NCBI GenBank assembly: GCA_037305845.1
Contig: CP147778.1
Location: 2,528,001-2,592,000 of the forward strand
Source: Candidatus Freyarchaeum deiterrae
GTDB lineage: Archaea; Asgardarchaeota; Jordiarchaeia; Jordiarchaeales; Jordiarchaeaceae
Reading direction: 5' to 3'
DNA length: 64,000 nt
Part shown: positions 49,874 through 60,066 of the stretch, piece by piece
Position numbering within the stretch: the stretch's first letter is position 1
Layout of the letters: each line of letters opens with the position of its first letter
Program-made: the position numbers and the translations under genes
The notes under the pieces: model-generated
Told to the model about the DNA's origin: nothing
Databases searched by the model: none
What the model saw: the letters and a program-made list of their open reading frames with translations, nothing else

Positions 49874-50671
49874 TTGAAATTGGAAAGAACAGAATCCATA
49901 AAAATCACACGCCTAAAGGATGGACAAGCCGAAGAAACCCAAGATAAAGTAGTAAAAGAAAATATCCTAGTAATCAGAGTAAACGGCAAACAGGTCGTAG
50001 GCTTAGTCTATCTTCCCGGCGAGGAAAAAGAACTCGTCTTCGGGCATCTATTCACAACCGGCATAATAGAGAACGTAGACGAAGTGCAAGATTACTCCTA
50101 CTCTAACCTCACTGCAAATCTCAAATTCAAAGAAGGAATTGATGTCGAGGACAGAATTGCAACGTGCGTTACTGGTGGAAGACTGGTAACCACAGCCTGC
50201 GGGCCCCCCGAGTATTTCGTCCAGTTGAAGCAAGGCGTAGGAATACCAAGACTCCAGTCAGAGCTCAAGGTAGAGAGTGAGACAATATTCTCCGCCGCAA
50301 AAACCATGAGTAAAGGCTCAGTGATCTTCCGCGAAACCGGAGGAACCCACGCCGCAGCCCTCTTCACCGAGAAGGGAGATTTGCTGCATCTATCAGAAGA
50401 CGTCGGAAGACACAACGCAGTGGACAAAGTAATAGGAGCATCCATTCTTTCCGGCATCCAACTAGAGAAAACATTCCTGATAAGCACCGGCAGACAAACC
50501 GTGGACATGGTGGTAAAATCGGCCAGAGCCGGCATACCCATAGTCGCATCTCTCTCCGCAGCCACCGACTCCGGAATCTCCGCAGCGGAATCCACCAATA
50601 TCACCCTAATCGGATTCACCCGCGGAACACGAATGAACATATATACCCAACCCCAACGTGTAGTACTATAA
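49874..50671 (+). CDS. fdhD: Formate dehydrogenase accessory sulfurtransferase
   Basis: TTACG, TGGTHAAA, EDVGRHNAVDKVIG, TGR. Confidence 0.93.
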   Translation: MKLERTESIKITRLKDGQAEETQDKVVKENILVIRVNGKQVVGLVYLPGEEKELVFGHLFTTGIIENVDEVQDYSYSNLTANLKFKEGIDVEDRIATCVTGGRLVTTACGPPEYFVQLKQGVGIPRLQSELKVESETIFSAAKTMSKGSVIFRETGGTHAAALFTEKGDLLHLSEDVGRHNAVDKVIGASILSGIQLEKTFLISTGRQTVDMVVKSARAGIPIVASLSAATDSGISAAESTNITLIGFTRGTRMNIYTQPQRVVL

Positions 50672-50725
50672 TCCAAAAAATTGTAATCTCGATAAATCAT
50701 CAACGCCGTCTCGGAGAACATCACT

Positions 50726-51355
50726 ATGATACCTGATTCCGCCGTAGCAATTCTCTGTGGAGGAAAATCAGTAAGAATGGGAACCGACAAAGGACTGGTC
50801 CCCCTCAGCGGCAAACCGATGTTGCTCTATTCCCTAGAAACCTGCGAGGAGGTCTTCTCTGAAATATTCGTCGTCCTAGGCTCAAACCTTAACAAATCCT
50901 ACGAAGAGCTGATAGGCGACAGAGCCAGCATACTAACCGACAAACTTCCGGATATCACTAGCCCCCTAAACGGAGCCTACACAGCCTTTGAGAATTGCAA
51001 ACAAAAATATCTCTACATACTCTCCTGCGACATGCCCTTCGTGAACACAGAGGTACTCAAACTATTGAGAGAAATAATTACCACAGAGGGCGCAGTAGTG
51101 CCCAGATGGCCTAACGGTAACATAGAACCCCTACACGCCGTCTACCGGGCGAAGCCTTCCCTAGAAGCTGCGGAAAAAGCCCTATCAGAAAACCGAATGG
51201 ACATGCTCTCCATGATAAAAAATCTTAGAAGCGTACTATATCTCTCCACCCTTGTGATTGAACAACTGGATCCCAAACTTGAAACATTTTTCAACGTCAA
51301 CACAGTTAACGAACTGAAGAGAGCCGAAGACAAAATCAAAAAACACACCAAATAA
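50726..51355 (+). CDS. mobA: Molybdenum cofactor guanylyltransferase
   Basis: ILCGGKSVRMGTDKG, PLNG, CDMPF, EPLHAVY, FNVNT. Confidence 0.93.
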   Translation: MIPDSAVAILCGGKSVRMGTDKGLVPLSGKPMLLYSLETCEEVFSEIFVVLGSNLNKSYEELIGDRASILTDKLPDITSPLNGAYTAFENCKQKYLYILSCDMPFVNTEVLKLLREIITTEGAVVPRWPNGNIEPLHAVYRAKPSLEAAEKALSENRMDMLSMIKNLRSVLYLSTLVIEQLDPKLETFFNVNTVNELKRAEDKIKKHTK

Positions 51356-51496
51356 ACCAAAAAACACTCCTCACCTCTAAAAAATAATCAGTAGAAAAAT
51401 GTTATGAATTCACGTTAAATATTAGAAGAGGTGTTTAAATTCGAATTTTTATCTCTGTTTACCATAAAGTATTAAATTTGACAAATTAATGTAAAC

Positions 51497-51718
51497 ATGG
51501 TGAATATTTTGATTGAAGTGCGGAAACTAGATAATCAGGGCAGAATAGTTCTTCCGAAGGAGTGGAGAAAAAAGTTCGGCGGTGAAGTGGTAGTCCTAAC
51601 GCTAGAGAATAAAATAGAAATTTTCCCGAGGAAAGGAAACCTGCTGAAGTTCATAGATTTAATCGAGGTTGAAGAACTCAAAGAATGGAGTGAAATGAAG
51701 AAAGAGCGGCTAAGCTAG
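51497..51718 (+). CDS. AbrB/MazE-family antitoxin (orphan)
   Basis: KLDNQGRIVLPKEWRK; no toxin ORF follows. Confidence 0.85.
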   Translation: MVNILIEVRKLDNQGRIVLPKEWRKKFGGEVVVLTLENKIEIFPRKGNLLKFIDLIEVEELKEWSEMKKERLS

Positions 51719-51884
51719 AAATGAAACCGCTAAGCTCCTTTCAACATCTCAATAAAACTTAACTCAACTAAGATAACAATATAAATGCTAAATTGATTGT
51801 TCACTACGGAATTAGGATAGTTTAACGCCGCGTCCATTCAAAAATCGGCATAATTCCTATTTTAAATACTGGTAGTGTTGTGGA

Positions 51885-53007
51885 ATGAAAGATTTAGAAT
51901 TCCTTAATGCTTTCAAGGACCCCAAATTCGCGAGCAAAATCTCCGAAACCATAAAGAGTTTAGCTCCGGAAGAAAGGGTGAAGTTTGTTCATATATGCGG
52001 GACAGCCTAGAAGACTCCCCTAGACCTCGAAACATGAACAAACTATAAGCAAAAACGGCTTGAGAACCCTTCTTCCAGACAACGTCGAAGTAATAGCAGG
52101 CCCAGGATGCCCGGTCTGCGTCACACCATCCATGGTTCTAGATGAAACTATCGAGCTCGCAAGGAGAGGCATCACCATCACGGCTTTCGGCGACCTCCTG
52201 ATGGTCCCCGCAACCCAGACCTCCCTCTACAGTTTAAAGGCAGAAGGAGCCGACATACGAATAGTTTACGGTCCACACGACGCCGTGGAAATCGCCGAAA
52301 AAAACCCCGACAAAGACGTAGTCTTCTGCGCAGTAGGATTCGAAACCACAGCCCCCGGAATAGCATCCGAGATACTCAGAGGCGTCCCCAAAAACTTCAG
52401 TATCATAAGCGCACAAAGACTAATCCCCCCAGCAATGGAGCTCCTCATGGGCTTAGGAGACCTCCAAATAGACGGATTCATCTGCCCAGGACACGTAGCA
52501 ACCATAATAGGAATGAAACCCTTCAGACGCTTCTCAGATGCATACCACATGCCCGCCATCATATCCGGCTTCGAGCCAAACGACGTCCTCCTCACCCTAG
52601 CAATGCTCCTCAAACAGCTAAAAGACGAAGACCCCAAATGCGAAAACGAATACACCCGACTAGTCAAAGAAGAAGGCAACCTCAAGGCCCAAAAAATACT
52701 CGGAGAAGTTTTCGACGTTGCCAACGCCCACTGGCGGGGAATAGGACGAGTACCCGAATCCGGCTACGTGCTCAAAAAAGAATTCGAAGAACACGACGCA
52801 GAAAAAAAGTACGGAATCACAATAAAAAAATCCGTAGACATACACCCCGGATGCAACTGCCACCTAGTCATGATTGGAAGAATATACCCACCGGAATGCA
52901 AACTATTCGGAAACGTGTGCAGACCAGAAAAACCATACGGACCATGCATGGTCTCAAGCGAAGGAACATGCAGAATCTACCACAAATACGGAGCACACTT
53001 CAAATAA
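51885..53007 (+). CDS. hypD: Hydrogenase maturation factor HypD, join(51885..52003,52032..53007), 364 aa after splicing
   Basis: Exon 1 MKDLEF..KFVHICGT; exon 2 HEQTI..GPGCPVC..GFETT..PGHV..GFEP..CMVSSEGTC. Removing 28 nt restores CGTHE. Confidence 0.9.
52004..52031 (+). other. Putative bulge-helix-bulge (BHB) mRNA intron, 28 nt
   Basis: CGGG (51998-52001) / CTCG (52026-52029) 4-bp helix; 3-nt bulges ACA and AAA; flanking helices on both sides; canonical cuts restore the frame. Confidence 0.85.
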
Positions 53008-53097
53008 ATAATATAATAGCGGTCCCATTTCTTCAGAAACTCATGCTCCATAAACAAGAGAAATTATTAGAAAAAAGAAGTTTCCTCTAAAAAGGAA

Positions 53098-53202
53098 GAT
53101 GATGATAATGATAACTGCAATGATGATGATAATGATAATGATGCAGAAAGAGAAGGAGAAAGAAGAGAAGGAGAGAAAAGAGAAGAGGAAGAAGAAGATT
53201 AG
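53098..53202 (+). repeat. Low-complexity GAT/AAT then GAA/GAG tract
   Basis: gatgataatgat... followed by a purine-only run; no credible gene. Confidence 0.55.
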
Positions 53203-53590
53203 AAGAACTTAACTTTATGAAGAAGGAATTTTTTCTCAGGATTAGAAAACCTAGAACAATTCAACGAACGAACGAGAAAAGCTAATCGTAGATTCTTCTA
53301 TTATTTTATTCTCTTGATTTTTGCCAAATCTTTATACGTTTACAAAATGTTAATCAAATTGAGAATTTAAGGATTGGAAGAATGTTAATGAATCACATGA
53401 CGCCTCAGACACATTATATTATAGATGAGAAGTGCTGAAGTAAGATGGAGGGCATCTCCAAGGGGGTAAGCGTCTGTAAGATAATACAGCATATTAGCTT
53501 GTTCCGCAATTTTTTTTTGGATCCTATTATTTTATTAGATAGGAAAATATTTATAGATAGTACTCATACTTCCTTGTTTGAGGTTTTTTT

Positions 53591-53818
53591 ATGCGAACTA
53601 CCGTGAAGGTGACAAGAAGGGGTCAAACCACAATTCCCAAAGAGTTTAGAGAAAAACTCGGAATTAAAGAGGGGGACGAGTTAATGGTAGAGTTCACCAA
53701 AGAAGGTTTGCTCTTTAGAGTTATTCCTAAGCTTGAAGAATTGGCTGGCGCATACTCAAAGTTTGGCAAGGTGGAGGAGATTAAAAAAGAGATAGAAAAG
53801 CTAAGAGAGGAATACTAG
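53591..53818 (+). CDS. AbrB/MazE-family antitoxin
   Basis: KVTRRGQTTIPKEFREKLGIKEGD. Confidence 0.92.
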   Translation: MRTTVKVTRRGQTTIPKEFREKLGIKEGDELMVEFTKEGLLFRVIPKLEELAGAYSKFGKVEEIKKEIEKLREEY

Positions 53819-53819
53819 C

Positions 53820-53935
53820 CTGAATGAAGTATTGGATAGTCGGTTTCTTGTTGAACATTTTTACCCCGTCGAAACAGTAGCACACGACCTAAAAAAATAC
53901 TATGAGAGAATTGTAAAGAACCAATTCACTCTTCT
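53820..53935 (+). pseudogene. Decayed VapC 5' fragment
   Basis: VLDSRFLVEHFY PIN-like start right after the antitoxin, truncated by the convergent gene. Confidence 0.5.
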
Positions 53936-53941
53936 ATACAT

Positions 53942-54841
53942 CTATTTTGTCATTACGGCTGAGAGGTATCCCACTATAGCGTCAGAGCTTCCCCGAATAT
54001 CATAACTGGTCGCGTACTGCAGCTTCATCCCCTTCGTAGCACCCAACTCTTTCGCAGCCACTATCGCGGTAGACACGGGTGCAGAACCACACATAGTAAG
54101 ATCCTTCGTCCGAACCAACCTAAGCAAGCCCTCAGCATCCAAGCTTTCAACCTTACCAATTATTTCCCCATCGGTATCATGAACCCATTTCACAACCTTC
54201 TCCAGCGGCTTCGTCCCAGCAGGAGCATAACCATACATCGCCCCATAGTGAGTAAGATCCGTACTAGCGATTATCACCGCATTCACGTTTTCTTCCTTGA
54301 TTGCCGCCGCCACACCCATCCCAACATCCTGACAAGTTTGCCAATCAGACATACCCAAAGATATCGGAACAATCTTCAAATCCGCATAGAGCTCCTGCAG
54401 GAAGGGAAGCTGAACCTCCAGAGAATGCTCCTCCCTCTGAGCACTAGCATCATCAAGAATTATCCCCGCATTAGTAATTATTGATTTAGCCAACGCGGAA
54501 TCCACAGGAACACTCCCCTCAGGCATAATCCAGTTCCCCTCCACCATAGTCGACGCACCCGGATAACCCATATGACTCGGACCAATCAAAACAAAAGAAT
54601 CCGGCTTACCATCATCAGCAACAGCACTATACGAGTGCGCCGCAACAGGCCCCGAATAATAATAACCCGCATGAGGACAAACACACGCAACAATCCTCCT
54701 CGGACCCTCAGGATTAACCTTCGGAAGACTCTTCGGACCAAACTCGCTAAGATAACATTCCTCAATCATTTTCTTCAAAGCTTGCTTATTACCCGGATAA
54801 AACCCAATCGCAGCAGGACTTCTGTCCCTCAACTCCATCAA
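53942..54841 (-). CDS. MEMO1 family (AmmeMemoRadiSam system protein B)
   Basis: R.PA..GFYP, PHAGYYYSG, GPSH, EHSLEVQLPFLQ, ASTDLTHYG, TMCG. Confidence 0.93.
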   Translation of the reverse strand: MMELRDRSPAAIGFYPGNKQALKKMIEECYLSEFGPKSLPKVNPEGPRRIVACVCPHAGYYYSGPVAAHSYSAVADDGKPDSFVLIGPSHMGYPGASTMVEGNWIMPEGSVPVDSALAKSIITNAGIILDDASAQREEHSLEVQLPFLQELYADLKIVPISLGMSDWQTCQDVGMGVAAAIKEENVNAVIIASTDLTHYGAMYGYAPAGTKPLEKVVKWVHDTDGEIIGKVESLDAEGLLRLVRTKDLTMCGSAPVSTAIVAAKELGATKGMKLQYATSYDIRGSSDAIVGYLSAVMTK

Positions 54842-55060
54842 ACACTCCTACAACATTTTAGAACCATTCTCGAACAGATTAACACCCTTTTTAGGCACAT
54901 TCTCTTTGATATTTCTTCCTACTGAGCACCCTAATACAGTTTTTTAACTATCCTCCTTCACCGAAGGTGTGCAAGGGTTACATATTTTTTAAATAAGCTT
55001 CGCGGGTTAGTCGCCCTTCCATCAGTATACTAAACATCATTTAGCTTTCCTCAAATGGGA

Positions 55061-55172
55061 TAAGTTGTTTTTTCTGCTGTAGGTCTCACAATGTCACCCC
55101 AACATGGGTAGATGGGAAAACATCTTAAAACCTAAAAAAGATTCCTCCAAGACCTAATAAATCTACACCACC
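55061..55172. repeat. ~110-bp dispersed direct repeat, copy 1
   Basis: Closely similar to 59066-59173 (CTCACAAT.TCACCCCAACATG.GTA.ATGGGAAAACAT..TAAAACCT..). Confidence 0.8.
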
Positions 55173-55229
55173 TAGCAGTGGTGAAGGAAAGTTTATTTAG
55201 CTCTCGATGAGAAGAAAGTGTGGTGAAGA

Positions 55230-55439
55230 ATGATGGATAGGGATAGTCTTATACAGAAGGTTAGATCGTTGCCTGAAGACAGTCTTAAAGAGGTCATGGA
55301 TTTCATCGAGCATCTAGAAGAGAAGAGGAAAACTGGGGAGAGGAAAAAAGAGAAGAAAGACCTCTTAGCAGACGTGATAGGGATTTGTGAAGGTCCTTCT
55401 GACTTGGCGGAAAGGCATGATAAGTATGTCTATGGCTAA
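55230..55439 (+). CDS. Antitoxin (DUF2281-like)
   Basis: LPEDSLKEVMDFIEHL..DLAERHDKYVYG; overlaps a PIN gene. Confidence 0.85.
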   Translation: MMDRDSLIQKVRSLPEDSLKEVMDFIEHLEEKRKTGERKKEKKDLLADVIGICEGPSDLAERHDKYVYG

Positions 55440-55863
55440 ACTAGTTTTCGTGGACACATGGGCCTGGTTGGCTCTGGCGAATCGGAGGGATTCAAACCAT
55501 AAAAGTGCTGTTAAAAAATATAAAGAAATAAAAGGAGAAGGGTGCAGAATGATTACCTCCGACTACGTGCTCGATGAGGTGATAACAGCTCTCTTCAGAA
55601 ACGTTGTTTTCGTTACTGCAGTTCGATTTATAGAGACTCTATATTCGATGATAAAAAACGACCAGTTAAAGTTAGAGAGAATCGCAGAGGAAAGATTTAG
55701 AATCGCCTGGCAGCTGAGGAAAAAACTGCAAGATAAACCAAATATTTCATTCACAGATTTGACATCTTTTGTTTTGATGCAAGAGTTGGAAATAACCAGG
55801 GTTTTCACCGGCGATGCTGATTTTGAGAAAGTGAACCTAGGATTCGAGATAGTACCAAAATAA
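55432..55863 (+). CDS. vapC: PIN-domain VapC toxin
   Basis: VFVDTWAW, DYVLDE, SFTDLTSF, FTGDADF. Confidence 0.9.
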   Translation: MAKLVFVDTWAWLALANRRDSNHKSAVKKYKEIKGEGCRMITSDYVLDEVITALFRNVVFVTAVRFIETLYSMIKNDQLKLERIAEERFRIAWQLRKKLQDKPNISFTDLTSFVLMQELEITRVFTGDADFEKVNLGFEIVPK

Positions 55864-56011
55864 ATATACTGCTCACAAGACCGCCTCCCAGCATGCGTGT
55901 TTTACTTAGCAAGAGCAGGTATTGTTTCAAACAATAATTATTTATAATAGTCAAACGAATAATGAACAATAACTCACGCTTAAAGCATTTTAATTTGGGA
56001 CGTGTGTTAGG

Positions 56012-57652
56012 ATGCAGCTAAAAAATACTAGTATCATACTGGTAGCCTTCGGAATAACGGCTGCTGTTTCTCTTTTCTGGAACTGGCCCTTCAAAGTCGC
56101 CGAAATAGGTGGAGGACCATCAGTACTCATGTACCTCGCCCTACTCCTGGTAGTAGGAATACCCGTAGTCCTAGTCGAACTAGCCCTCGGCTCCTGGTCC
56201 AAGACCAGCTTCCCCAAATCCCTCAAAATGATACACTCCAAACTCGAATTCTTCGGATGGTTCGCAGCCGTAAACACCTTCTGGCTACTAATAGGAATAT
56301 GCGCAATCCTCAGCTGGGCCGCAAGCTTCGCCATCTACTCACTAAGCCCACTCTACCCCCTATCCAACTGGCTCTACCCCCTAACCGGAGCCTTCGACTT
56401 CACAAACTACTTCTTCAACTACGCAGACTCCCTCTACCCACTCATCGGACTAGCAATAATATGGAGCACAATCTTCCTCATCCTAGTAAGCACCAAGTGG
56501 GGACCAAGAATCAGAAGCATCGCCATCAAAACCGTGTTCCCCACACTAACAATCGTCCTAGCAATCATACTCGCCCTAATCATATTCTTCGCGGGCGGCG
56601 TAGACCCCGGAATAAACTTCTACCTCGGCTTCAACCCCAGCGTCTTCCTAAACGGCTCATCCTGGCGCACAATCATAACCATACTCTTCTTCAACCTCGG
56701 AGCCGGACTAGGCGTCCTCAGCTTCTACACCAGCAAAAACCCCGCACAAAACAAACTAACCACACTCTCAATAATCGCACCACTACTAGGAACCGCACTA
56801 ATCTTCATAGGCGGACTGGTCTTCTTCTCCATGAGCGGCGCAAGCGGACTCACCAACACGTTCAACACCACGAACATACTCAACCCCAGCAGCCTCCTCC
56901 CAATGGGAACCCTAGGCTACCCCGCAGCACCATTCATAGGATGGCAAGCAGGCTTCGCAACCATAACACGCACCATGGGACCCACCATCGGCAAAACCCT
57001 AGCCTTCCTCTTCTACACACTCACCCTCATCGCCGGAACCCTAGGACTAACCCTCATAATAGAACCCATAAAAGAAACAATAAAAACCAAATTCAACCTA
57101 AGCCCACGAAAACTACTAGCAGCAATCGTAACAATAGGATTCCTAGCCAGCATACCCCTAACACTAACATCAACAACACCCCTAGGCTACAACCTAACAA
57201 CACTATCCAACTGGTGGGTAGAAGGCTTCGGACTAACCATAGTAATAATCGTAGAGCTAATCGCAGCAGGATGGATATGGGGAGCAGACAACACCGTAGG
57301 ATACATAAACAACAACACCCGAATCAAAATCCCAAAATGGTTCAAATGGATAATCAAAATAGTAGCACCCGCAGTCGCAATAATCGCACTAGCAGCAGCA
57401 GTATACGACACAATCAAAGGATACGTACTCAACAACTGGGGATACCTAACACCACTAATAACATCATGGCAAACACTAGCACCATGGTACACCGACCCCA
57501 ACTTCGTATTCCTACTCCTAGTTGCAGTATGGCTCGCAAGCAACCTCATCATAGCCGCCATCCTAACAAGAAGAAAACCCAAAGAAGAAGAAAAAGAAGA
57601 AAAAGGCGAACCGAAGAAAAAAGAGAAACGGAGCAAAGAAAAAAATGCTTGA
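56012..57652 (+). CDS. Neurotransmitter:sodium symporter (NSS/LeuT) family transporter, divergent
   Basis: About 12 TM; WPF..GGG..Y..GIP..ELALG; TM1 motif degenerate. Confidence 0.8.
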   Translation: MQLKNTSIILVAFGITAAVSLFWNWPFKVAEIGGGPSVLMYLALLLVVGIPVVLVELALGSWSKTSFPKSLKMIHSKLEFFGWFAAVNTFWLLIGICAILSWAASFAIYSLSPLYPLSNWLYPLTGAFDFTNYFFNYADSLYPLIGLAIIWSTIFLILVSTKWGPRIRSIAIKTVFPTLTIVLAIILALIIFFAGGVDPGINFYLGFNPSVFLNGSSWRTIITILFFNLGAGLGVLSFYTSKNPAQNKLTTLSIIAPLLGTALIFIGGLVFFSMSGASGLTNTFNTTNILNPSSLLPMGTLGYPAAPFIGWQAGFATITRTMGPTIGKTLAFLFYTLTLIAGTLGLTLIIEPIKETIKTKFNLSPRKLLAAIVTIGFLASIPLTLTSTTPLGYNLTTLSNWWVEGFGLTIVIIVELIAAGWIWGADNTVGYINNNTRIKIPKWFKWIIKIVAPAVAIIALAAAVYDTIKGYVLNNWGYLTPLITSWQTLAPWYTDPNFVFLLLVAVWLASNLIIAAILTRRKPKEEEKEEKGEPKKKEKRSKEKNA

Positions 57653-57863
57653 AAGAATATACTGGGCACTAGAAAAATACGACAACCTAGGAGCCTGGAT
57701 AATAATCTGCCTATTCACAGTCATAGGAGCACTAACAGCAGCCGCACTCAGAATACTGGGATACCTCAACCCCTTCACTATAATAACCATAGTAGCAGTA
57801 GTAACAGTAATACCGGGAATAATCCTCGCAGTCAAGTACCTAGACTACATAAAAGGAAACTAG
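57645..57863 (+). CDS. Small 2-TM protein coupled to the NSS gene
   Basis: 72 aa, overlaps the upstream stop. Confidence 0.65.
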   Translation: MLERIYWALEKYDNLGAWIIICLFTVIGALTAAALRILGYLNPFTIITIVAVVTVIPGIILAVKYLDYIKGN

Positions 57864-57882
57864 CTCAATATCAATTCTTTTA

Positions 57883-58212
57883 TCAGCAATGTTTGAAAAA
57901 GACACCCTCTTCCTTCACATTCAGCAAAAACGGAGAGTTATAATTCTTGAAGAAATGCTCAGGCACAACTATAACCGAAATCAATTCTCCCTTTTCGAGG
58001 AGAATATCAAGAATAATATCACCCAACCTTTCTCTCACATCAGAAGGATTAAGAAAATCATCAACCACCACCAACACATCAACATCCGAATCTTTCGTAG
58101 CCTGACCCCTCACATGAGAACCATACAGTATAACCTGCTTGACCTTTCCCCCATACGTCTTAATCAGATATTCTTTAATCTGATTTACCAGTTCTTTTAC
58201 TCTTTTATCCAT
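57883..58212 (-). CDS. Minimal nucleotidyltransferase (MNT antitoxin), no HEPN partner
   Basis: LYGSHVRG..DSDVDVLVV. Confidence 0.9.
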   Translation of the reverse strand: MDKRVKELVNQIKEYLIKTYGGKVKQVILYGSHVRGQATKDSDVDVLVVVDDFLNPSDVRERLGDIILDILLEKGELISVIVVPEHFFKNYNSPFLLNVKEEGVFFKHC

Positions 58213-58395
58213 TTATATACACCCATCACAGTGAACCCCGACATCCTGCCAGCTCCAGTACGGCTTTAGGTCCCTCATTCCTCTCTAAATCGGGTCAGTT
58301 TTGTAGTCCCTCCTCTTCTTTTCTTCGTACCTAACTATTTTTTCAAGAGCCTTACGGATCTCCTTATCCTCCAGAAAAGGAGTAATATCATCCAT
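58213..58395 (-). pseudogene. 5' gene fragment with an internal TAG
   Basis: MDDITPFLEDKEIRKALEKIVRYEEKKRRDYKTDPI*RGMRDLKPYWSWQDVGVH, then truncated. Confidence 0.4.
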
Positions 58396-58515
58396 TCGCT
58401 TAACCCCCGCTTCAGTTATTTCAAAAAAAAGATTTCGACCCCGAGCACTTGCTATTTGTACCTGTATTATATTATATCTTTAAAGTTTTACTAATACTTT
58501 CTCATCGCATCCCCT

Positions 58516-58656
58516 CTACAGAGCTTTCACACGCTTAACTATGGGCGGCCGTTTTTTGTAAAGGACACGGTAACCGCATTCAGGACATTGAATTCGATCC
58601 CGTGAAAGTTCCTCTCTTGTTATTTCTTTTCCACACTTCCCACATATATACGCCAT
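58516..58656 (-). CDS. rpoP: DNA-directed RNA polymerase subunit Rpo12 (P)
   Basis: Hand-translated, 46 aa, below the ORF cutoff: [37 protein letters not shown]. Confidence 0.92.
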   Translation of the reverse strand: MAYICGKCGKEITREELSRDRIQCPECGYRVLYKKRPPIVKRVKAL

Positions 58657-59065
58657 CACAATCAACTCCTATCATGATTTTTCTGGTAAAAGAAAAAAGA
58701 ATCCCCTCACGAAGAATAATGCTTTGAAATAGGGCGAAAAGTCGTTATTATAATATTTTACATCAAAACCCTAATTTTTAGCCGATTATTACTCACGCAT
58801 ACCCATTTTTCCATTCCTGAATGGTTCCCCCCAATTTACTACGATTTAAGTTAATAGTGGAGAACGCCCTCTATCTGTTGGTGGACTTTTTTCAAGTGTT
58901 CCACGATTCTATCTCCGTCCACTTCGCTGAACTTGAAGATTTTGTTGATTTCATATGATGCGCCCAGCGTATAGATTAGACCAATTTCCATATTAACATT
59001 CCCATACAGCTCGATTCCAGAACCCATTCCTCTCTCATCTACCATACAACAACAAAAAATAAAGT

Positions 59066-59173
59066 TAAGCTGTTTTTTGCTGGAGGCCTCACAATATCAC
59101 CCCAACATGAGTACATGGGAAAACATGTTAAAACCTCAAAAATATTCCCCCAAGACCTAAAATCTACACCACC
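59066..59173. repeat. ~110-bp dispersed direct repeat, copy 2
   Basis: Matches 55061-55172; its tail GACCTAATAAATCT is repeated again at about 59178. Confidence 0.8.
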
Positions 59174-59318
59174 ACCCGACCTAATAAATCTCCATCACCT
59201 CTACTTGTTTCTTGAAGTTGAAACCTGCTAGGAGATAAATACTGAAAAATAATAAAAAAGAAAAAAAGTTTTAGTATAGAGAATAAACAGAAGAAGAAAA
59301 GGAACTCGGTTTACTGTT

Positions 59319-59810
59319 TTAATTACGGGGACGCCCGAGCCACTTGTCTGCCTCTTTTAGTGTTTTTTCCAACTCACTTTGAGATATGGTTTGAGAGTAC
59401 TTGCTTCCGACGACACTTTCCACGATGCCCCCGAAGGATCTTTCATCGTAGGTTGCGAGCATACCTATCTTAAGCTTCATCATAACGGCAATTATCGAGG
59501 CGTCCGTTAAGCTCAACTCTCTTTCCCTGTACTTGGAGAAAATATTGACCGCTCCCTCGTACAATTCTTCGTCCACGAAGATAATCCTCACTCCCGACTT
59601 ACTCACCGAGTCTAGAAAAGCTAGGGCTGCATTAACACCTACTCTGTACCGTAGTAGCGTAGCAGTCTCAGCCACAACGAGTATCGTGGTGAAGACACCA
59701 CCCCACCTCCCCTCTAGAGCGTGAAGTATCAAGCACAGCGAGTCTGGATGATGAATATCCTTTCGATTGTAGAAAGCATAAAAGACCCCAGTATCTATGA
59801 GGATGCTCAA
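59319..59810 (-). CDS. vapC: PIN-domain VapC toxin
   Basis: ILIDTGVF, VAE, LSLTDA, ATYDERSF. Confidence 0.9.
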   Translation of the reverse strand: MSILIDTGVFYAFYNRKDIHHPDSLCLILHALEGRWGGVFTTILVVAETATLLRYRVGVNAALAFLDSVSKSGVRIIFVDEELYEGAVNIFSKYRERELSLTDASIIAVMMKLKIGMLATYDERSFGGIVESVVGSKYSQTISQSELEKTLKEADKWLGRPRN

Positions 59811-60049
59811 TCCTCACTCCTCCGGTACAGTAACTCGTCAACCTGTTCCGAGTCTCTCTCTCCAGCCTCACCAGAAAACCTCAGACTTTCGAAGAACACA
59901 TCAGGGTCTCCTTCCCACCTGTCCAACTCCTTTTCGGCAGTATTAATTATAATCTCCAAGAGCTTAGACATGCTCTTTATACGAAGCTTCCTTTTGAGAA
60001 TCTCTAACCTGTCGCGAACCTCAGGACTAATCCTTATTACAGAACTCAT
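59807..60049 (-). CDS. VapB-type antitoxin
   Basis: MSSVIRISPEVRDRLEILK..SEQVDELLY; ATG at 60049; overlaps the toxin start. Confidence 0.8.
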   Translation of the reverse strand: MSSVIRISPEVRDRLEILKRKLRIKSMSKLLEIIINTAEKELDRWEGDPDVFFESLRFSGEAGERDSEQVDELLYRRSED

Positions 60050-60066
60050 ATTACCACTCGCGGAAA

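Noticed and set aside
52008-52023. Pyrrolysine read-through or simple pseudogene explanation for the TAG codons in hypD
   Set aside because: The two halves are in different frames, so read-through cannot join them; the exact BHB geometry and otherwise intact gene favour an intron.
56257-57672. 471-aa alternative-frame ORF and similar shadow ORFs (52638-53090, 50098-50814, 17293-17985)
   Set aside because: They overlap well-supported genes and arise from codon or strand skew; no recognisable motifs.
58213-58395. Pyrrolysine at the internal TAG
   Set aside because: The ORF ends shortly afterwards and no pyl genes are in the window; treated as a pseudogene fragment.
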